NCBI GenBank assembly: GCA_018238155.1
Contig: JABCTZ010000046.1
Location: 128,001 to 192,000 of the forward strand
Reading direction: 5' to 3'
DNA: 64,000 nt
Origin: Candidatus Heimdallarchaeota archaeon
GTDB lineage: Archaea > Asgardarchaeota > Heimdallarchaeia > JABLTI01
A program made the position numbers and the translations under genes. Positions 58,204 through 64,000 of the stretch are shown one piece after another; within the stretch, counting starts at the first letter, position 1, and the number at the start of each line of letters is the position of its first letter. The notes under the pieces are model-generated. The model saw nothing but the letters and a program-made list of their open reading frames with translations. It was not told the origin of the DNA and did no database searches.

Positions 58204-59319
58204 TTACTTTTTGGATACTTTTGGTAAAGAAATTTCAAGGGTGTTATTTGAAGTACTTCCATCCGGTATAGAAACAAATCCATCATATGAACGTAGAATT
58301 TCATTTACAACAAAAGGACCTAAACCTTGGAATGATTTTTCAGTTGTTGAACCTTTCATTTCTGAAGAACGAATAACATCCTTTTGATCATAAACCAATT
58401 TTGCTTGAAATGAATTAAAAGTCATTTTCCAATATTCCTTTCCATCTAATTCGATTTCATCAAAAGCTATTTTCATTTTGATTTTAGGACTAGGACTATT
58501 AAATAATGCTAATAATAGGATTTCTGAAATGAGGTGCGCGAGATTATTGTCAGCGTAAACATATTTGGGCTGGGTTAAATCAATCAAACATTCAAAATTT
58601 TTGTTTCTATAATCTTCTTTTAGGCGATTGAGCACAGAATTAATCGTTTCATTCAAATCTTTACTTTCAAGTTGTTGGCCGTTTTTTATTATTTGGCATT
58701 TCCGGATATTACGAGTTAATCGAGCATTTCTTCTTATTGATTCTTGGAATAATTGCAGAACTTTTGTCTGCTCTGAACTAGGATTAAGTTTTTGAATTTG
58801 AACCATTGTTAACAGTAAAGATTGATTCAATTCATCAACATTGTTAATGAGTAGGTCATTGAGGAAGCGAATCTCATTGTTAGCAATTTCAATATCCTTG
58901 AGGAATTTTCTATTTTGCGATTTAAGAGAAATTTTGTGGATAACTTCATCAAGAGTACTCAGAAGTTTATTTGAACTAACAGGTTTTTCAAGATAACCTG
59001 CAACTTCAAATTGCATTGACTTTATTGCTGAATCAATTGTCCCAAAACCAGTTATAATGATAAATTCTATGTCAGGGTTTATTGTTCTAAATTGCGAAAC
59101 TAAATCCATACCGTAAATATCAGGTAGATTTAGATCAATCATAGCAATATTGAAAGCCTCATCAGCAATGATTTGCTTTGCTTCTTCTCCAGTACCCACA
59201 CCAAAAACATTGGTAAAATTGTTTCTTTTAAGAACCTCCTCAAAAACATCACGAATATCAGCATCATCATCAATAATCAATATTTTAACTTCGGACCTTA
59301 TGAAACCATTCGAGCTCAT
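58204..59319 (-). CDS. Response regulator receiver fused to a degenerate histidine-kinase module
   Basis: ILIIDDD, IDLNLPD, ITGFG, YLEKP. The kinase half lacks the H-box His and the N-box. Confidence 0.85.
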   Translation of the reverse strand: MSSNGFIRSEVKILIIDDDADIRDVFEEVLKRNNFTNVFGVGTGEEAKQIIADEAFNIAMIDLNLPDIYGMDLVSQFRTINPDIEFIIITGFGTIDSAIKSMQFEVAGYLEKPVSSNKLLSTLDEVIHKISLKSQNRKFLKDIEIANNEIRFLNDLLINNVDELNQSLLLTMVQIQKLNPSSEQTKVLQLFQESIRRNARLTRNIRKCQIIKNGQQLESKDLNETINSVLNRLKEDYRNKNFECLIDLTQPKYVYADNNLAHLISEILLLALFNSPSPKIKMKIAFDEIELDGKEYWKMTFNSFQAKLVYDQKDVIRSSEMKGSTTEKSFQGLGPFVVNEILRSYDGFVSIPDGSTSNNTLEISLPKVSKK

Positions 59320-59670
59320 TTATGAACATCCTTGAATCTAGATATGTGAGTATAATAGCTTTGCTAGATATTATCAATTTCCTCTTTCATTTCGGAGAAG
59401 AAACTAATATCTTTTAACGCTATCTATTATTGGTTTTTAAAACTTAGTTTTATAGCAATTCTATAAACTTTCATTGTATCAATCAATAAAGTAAGTAACA
59501 AAATAATAAAAATAACAAATAGAAGAAAAAGATAAACTACTCATTAGAAAGTAAAAAAATTGACTTTTACTTTAGAATTTAAATGTCATTCAGTAAAGTT
59601 ATTAAATGAAAAGTTCGATAGCTAAATCATCAATAAGCGATTTAATCGCTCATTTGAGGATGAATAAAAA

Positions 59671-60546
59671 ATGAAAAAATTAATGAAAATTACATTAGGA
59701 ATAGTAATTGCCAGTTTATTTATTGGAATGACCTTTGCTAAAGCAGATTTTTCTGTTACAACAGGTTTAGTAAATACTTACACAGTAAATGATTCTGAAT
59801 GGAATATTGTCTTTGATACAAATTCTAGTTCTGGAACAGGTTTTCAATTTGAAGACACACTTTTTGCAGAAGGAACTCAATTTACAGTCACTGTTGATGC
59901 ACAAACTAATACTACTGTAGATTATACAGTAAATGTTGGAGCTAAATCAGATACAAGTTCATATTCTGCCTTAGGCTTCGCTTTAGGTACAATATTGTTG
60001 TTAATCTTTCCAATATTAGTTTCAGCTGTAGTTCCAGATGGATCTTTTAATCAGACTGAAGCAGATATGGGATTAGGTTTAATGACATCAACATTTGTTG
60101 AACCTACCCTCGCAAATGAATTATTCTATCAATTTACTAATGAGACATTTGAAACAAGTATGTCAACCGGCATGTTAGGTACTGGATGGACTATTGATGA
60201 AATGGGTGGTACATTCGATAATGCTACGGATATAGCACTTTTCACATGGGTCTTTAATGGTAAATATGTAAATGCGACAACAAACACAGACGTTTCAGGC
60301 AAATATACCTACACCACAGCCTATGATCAAACAACAGGAGTAGTAATGGGAACCAGACTGGATTTCGATTACTCAGGGACAGTAGAAGGCTTAACATTTA
60401 AAATGGATTTCCTACAAGAAATTGAAATACTCGGTTATAATCTACCTGGTGGAGCTGGATTCATCAGTTTAGAGTGGTTCATTGTTCTTCCTGCTTTAAC
60501 CTTTGTTGGATTACTCGGTGCAGTAATTAAAAAAAGAAAACAATAA
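59671..60546 (+). CDS. Surface (S-layer-like) glycoprotein with signal peptide and C-terminal sorting signal (resembles the choice-of-anchor S family)
   Basis: Signal peptide ending AKA; many NxS/T sequons; LPGGAGFISLEW-TM-KKRKQ. Confidence 0.75.
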   Translation: MKKLMKITLGIVIASLFIGMTFAKADFSVTTGLVNTYTVNDSEWNIVFDTNSSSGTGFQFEDTLFAEGTQFTVTVDAQTNTTVDYTVNVGAKSDTSSYSALGFALGTILLLIFPILVSAVVPDGSFNQTEADMGLGLMTSTFVEPTLANELFYQFTNETFETSMSTGMLGTGWTIDEMGGTFDNATDIALFTWVFNGKYVNATTNTDVSGKYTYTTAYDQTTGVVMGTRLDFDYSGTVEGLTFKMDFLQEIEILGYNLPGGAGFISLEWFIVLPALTFVGLLGAVIKKRKQ

Positions 60547-60559
60547 AACAGTAAATAAT

Positions 60560-60594
60560 GCGTGAAAAAAATTCACGCTTATTTTAATTTTTTT
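60560..60594 (+). terminator. Hairpin plus T-tract
   Basis: GCGTGAA-AAAAA-TTCACGC followed by TTATTTTAATTTTTT. Confidence 0.5.
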
Positions 60595-60864
60595 GAATTT
60601 TTAAGAGATTAGCAAATTTTGAAATTATTCAAATTATCAATTTTATTATTTTCTCATGTTTATTTTTCGTTTTTGTTATAATTACTATCCTCCAAGAATA
60701 AATAATCCAAGCTAAATTAAATAAATTAACAGTAATTTATTCGAAAATTCTAACTAGTTAATCAGAATTCAATGTAAAAAAATACTTTTGAGTACCACAA
60801 AGTGACTTGTTTTGCTGTAGAAATATTTAATAAAAAAATAACCATTTATTAATTATCAAGCTAA

Positions 60865-61827
60865 ATGATATTTTGGGGAGCAAACAATTTGAAAAAATTA
60901 TTTAATATTTCATTAACAATATTATTTGTCAGTCTTTTTCTTGGAATGTCCTTTGTTAAAGGAGATTATGCAGTATTAGTAGGTACAGTAAATACTTATG
61001 ATGTAAATGATTCTGCATGGGACTTTGTAAGTGGACCAAATTCTAGTTCTGGAACAGGTTTTCAATTTGAAGGTCAAAAGTTTGCAGTTGGAACTCAGGT
61101 ATCAGTAACTGTTGATGCAGCAGCTGTAGACCAAATTGATTATACTGTCGATGTTGGGATAAAATCTGATACCAGCACAACTTCCTCATTTGTTTTTCTA
61201 GAACTTGGACTTATGTTATTCTATCCAATATTACTTTCCAGTGTACTTCCAGATACTTGGAATCAAACTGAAATTGATTTAGGAACAAATTTGATGGAAA
61301 TATTCTTTGTTGATCCCACACAAGCAAATGATTTCTTCTATGATTTTACAAATACAACATTTGTTTCAAGCGAAATCTCAGACCTTGAATGGACTTTTAC
61401 TGAAATAGGGGGGACATTTGAAATTGATAATAACATAGCAGTTTTCGATTGGACTCTCAATGCTCAAAATAAGAATGCAACTGCAAATACAAACTTCTCA
61501 GGCACATACTCATTCATTTTTGCTTATGATGAAACTACAGGAGAAGTTATGGGACACAAAATAGATCTTGATTACTCAGGAACAACAAAAGGTTCATTAT
61601 TAGACTTAGATTTTCTTCAAGAAATCGAAATGTTCGATTATGATTTACCTTATGAAATAATTTCACCAGAACCAAATACAACTGAAACATTTTCAAGTGT
61701 AATAGTAGGTTTCGAATGGTTAATTACTATTCCTGCTTTGGCTTTAATGGGATCACTTAGTGCAATACTCAAAAGAGAAAGTATTAAAATGTTAGATCTG
61801 TGTGAAAAAGATTCACACAAATTCTAA
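60865..61827 (+). CDS. Paralogous surface glycoprotein with a C-terminal sorting signal
   Basis: Colinear with 59671-60546; VGFEWLITIPAL-TM-KR tail. Likely start TTG near 60889. Confidence 0.75.
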   Translation: MIFWGANNLKKLFNISLTILFVSLFLGMSFVKGDYAVLVGTVNTYDVNDSAWDFVSGPNSSSGTGFQFEGQKFAVGTQVSVTVDAAAVDQIDYTVDVGIKSDTSTTSSFVFLELGLMLFYPILLSSVLPDTWNQTEIDLGTNLMEIFFVDPTQANDFFYDFTNTTFVSSEISDLEWTFTEIGGTFEIDNNIAVFDWTLNAQNKNATANTNFSGTYSFIFAYDETTGEVMGHKIDLDYSGTTKGSLLDLDFLQEIEMFDYDLPYEIISPEPNTTETFSSVIVGFEWLITIPALALMGSLSAILKRESIKMLDLCEKDSHKF

Positions 61828-61948
61828 TTTTTTTATTAGAAAAATGAGAATAGCTCATTCCAAATTCATTCATATTGAGTTTTTTTTTCAAAAGATTATC
61901 GAGTTTAACTTTAAAGATATAAAGATAAAAAATAATGATGTATCACTT

Positions 61949-62620
61949 ATGTCAGATAAGAATGAGTATCACTTTATATGGTATGAAGGAAATGATAAAG
62001 AGAATATCTTTGGTATGAAAATTCTCGATATACGATCTTTTACACAAAATATGGTTACAACAACCAAGGACTCTAAAATCGCAGAAAACTTTGCTATCTT
62101 AGCAAAATCTAATGGTGAACAATATAAAGATAAGCTTCCAGAAAATCATACTACTATCAATTGTAATCTAAAATACTCTTGTAGAGGAATTGATACGGGT
62201 TCAATTTTTATTGCACCAGAAATGGAAACCAAATGGCATATATTCTATCATGATGATTTTTTCTTCTTTGTTCGAAGTTGGACTGGAGAGCTTGTTCACA
62301 GAGCTCACATCTCTTTTGAAAGCAATTCATTGATTATCCTGTCGATTGACTCCACTACAAATGAATTGAGATTTACTGACAGCGAACTGATAATTCGTGA
62401 AGTAGATTTCTTACTAAAATCTCATCTTTTTAGAATACTTACTCCTCATCCTGTTTCAAATGAAATGATTAAGGAAGATCCTCTTCGTATCGCAATTTCT
62501 TCTTTTAGTTTGTATGGCAAAAAAGCTTGCTATGCGAGTGCGGAAGATACAACTATTTTTACTTTTAAGAAATATATAGATATTGTACGGAGAACTCAAA
62601 ATAAAAAGGAATTTCAATAA
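61949..62620 (+). CDS. Conserved hypothetical protein
   Basis: EMETKWHIFY...FFVRSWTG motif resembles an uncharacterised prokaryotic family. ATG 61949 is the preferred start. Confidence 0.65.
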   Translation: MSDKNEYHFIWYEGNDKENIFGMKILDIRSFTQNMVTTTKDSKIAENFAILAKSNGEQYKDKLPENHTTINCNLKYSCRGIDTGSIFIAPEMETKWHIFYHDDFFFFVRSWTGELVHRAHISFESNSLIILSIDSTTNELRFTDSELIIREVDFLLKSHLFRILTPHPVSNEMIKEDPLRIAISSFSLYGKKACYASAEDTTIFTFKKYIDIVRRTQNKKEFQ

Positions 62621-62764
62621 AGTTTTGAACACCTAACCAAAAGAAACAATTTCTTTAAAAATAAGAGATTCTATTACTAAATAGTATTAAATTCAGCAAT
62701 AAAATTATCAATAAAAGTTAGAAAGTTTATATAATAAACAAAGAAACAGCTTTGAGTGAGGGCT

Positions 62765-64000
62765 ATGAAGAAAAATAAAATCTATTGTTCCATTATTCTA
62801 TTTGTGTTTTTAACAACAGGGATTATTCCATTTATCTCGATAGAAAGTATAAATAAAACGAATGTGCATGATACAATAATATCAAGTAAATTTGTATTAG
62901 ACCAAAATAACGATAAAATCGATGATGAATTATCATCAAAATTAACGAATACTAATTATCAAACGGTAGATTTTGTATTGAAATATTACAAGACTATAAA
63001 TTCCATTGAAAAGCAAAAACTAACTAAAATGGGAGCACAAATTCTTGGTAACTCATGGGATTTGGGTAGAAGAATACATATTTCTGCCAACAGAAAGATA
63101 CTAAACGATTTAGCAAAAAGACCGGAAATATCGATTATTACAACTTCTGAACAAAGATTGATAATGATTGCTATAGATGGAAATGATTTCAGCGATTTAC
63201 ATTATTTGAAAAAATATCCTAATGTAGAAATTTTTTGGAATGTAGGATGCGCACTCATCCCTTACTACTCGGGTGTTGAAAACGATATTGCTAATCTCGG
63301 TTCATTCAATATGATTGTTGATGCAACGGATATTTACCTTCAAACTACTTCTCTACCCGACTCTTCAGATGATTTTTCAATATCTACTTTAACTAATGCA
63401 AATACGATTAATGCCTCAGATCTTTGGTCATTAGGTTATGATGGTTCAGGGATAAAAATTGGCAATATTGATACAGGTATAAATGCTGCCCATGTTGATT
63501 TCACTGGAAGAATTATTGCTGCTCAAAGTTTTATTTTGACGATTTACGGTTATACCGCTAATGATACTACAACAGCTGACCCTGACGGTCATGGTTCCCA
63601 CACTTCTGGAATTATTGCTGGAAATGGAACAGGCAACCCCAGTTATATTGGCATTGCTCCTGATTGTGACATTTACTTTGCTAAGGTTGGTACTTCAGCC
63701 ACTCTTCCTTCTGTAATTGCAGCCTTAGATTGGTTGCTCGAACAAGGAGTTGAGGTAATTAATTTTAGCTATGGAGGAACAGACTCAGCAGGATTAGATA
63801 TTGCTGAGATGGCCTTTAGAAATGCAGTGAGAAACAAAGAGGTTTTATGTTCAATATCAGCAGGCAATAAAGGAAATGACGGTTATTACACTGCTAGCTC
63901 TCCCGGAACAACTGATGATGTAATTACAGTTGGAAATGCAAATGAGGGGATACCTTCCCCAACTATTGTTTCATCTAGTTCAAAAGGACCTACTGCAGAT
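62765..64000 (+). CDS. Secreted S8 (subtilisin-like) serine protease, truncated by the window end
   Basis: Not in the ORF track. Signal peptide MKKNKIYCSIILFVFL; IDTGINAAH (Asp); DGHGSHTSGIIAG (His); SAGNKG (oxyanion Asn); SSSKGPT. Confidence 0.92.
   Translation, partial: MKKNKIYCSIILFVFLTTGIIPFISIESINKTNVHDTIISSKFVLDQNNDKIDDELSSKLTNTNYQTVDFVLKYYKTINSIEKQKLTKMGAQILGNSWDLGRRIHISANRKILNDLAKRPEISIITTSEQRLIMIAIDGNDFSDLHYLKKYPNVEIFWNVGCALIPYYSGVENDIANLGSFNMIVDATDIYLQTTSLPDSSDDFSISTLTNANTINASDLWSLGYDGSGIKIGNIDTGINAAHVDFTGRIIAAQSFILTIYGYTANDTTTADPDGHGSHTSGIIAGNGTGNPSYIGIAPDCDIYFAKVGTSATLPSVIAALDWLLEQGVEVINFSYGGTDSAGLDIAEMAFRNAVRNKEVLCSISAGNKGNDGYYTASSPGTTDDVITVGNANEGIPSPTIVSSSSKGPTAD

Noticed and set aside
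1789-59335. Numerous short ORFs (60-150 aa) antisense or out of frame within longer genes
   Set aside because: Shadow ORFs of well-supported genes, with no motifs of their own.

Overview
Low-GC (about 30% by eye) archaeal chromosomal segment. It is most consistent with an Asgard archaeon (Heimdallarchaeia-like), judged from Arf- and Rab-like small GTPases fused to longin/roadblock-type domains, a gelsolin-like domain, an EMC6-like protein, aIF1/SUI1, archaeal RqcH, cupin-type PGI, an archaeosortase, and surface proteins ending in GF-TM-basic tails. No rRNA, tRNA, CRISPR array or transposase was found. Ordinary content: ABC and MFS transporters, CorA, two CaCA paralogs, two amidohydrolases, GlpD, citDEF, Nudix, TPR and S8 protease genes. 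Best candidates for new biology: (1) a co-oriented four-gene small-GTPase module at 3375-7033 (Arf-longin with a Sar1/SRbeta-type His, pseudo-Arf-longin, longin/uDENN-gelsolin fusion, Rab-like); (2) an unannotated ~290-nt highly structured, probably pseudoknotted RNA at 34905-35188; (3) an abrupt purine-to-pyrimidine strand-skew flip near 3575, beside a G-string/inverted-repeat element; (4) a tandem archaeosortase whose second domain appears catalytically dead, with candidate substrates that include an EMC6-like protein. Four coding segments missing from the supplied ORF track were recovered by hand: the archaeosortase (1-1067), the N-terminal part of GalT upstream of an internal TGA, a Nudix hydrolase (54288-54773) and an S8 protease (62765 to window end). 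All domain calls come from motif recognition by eye, not database searches.
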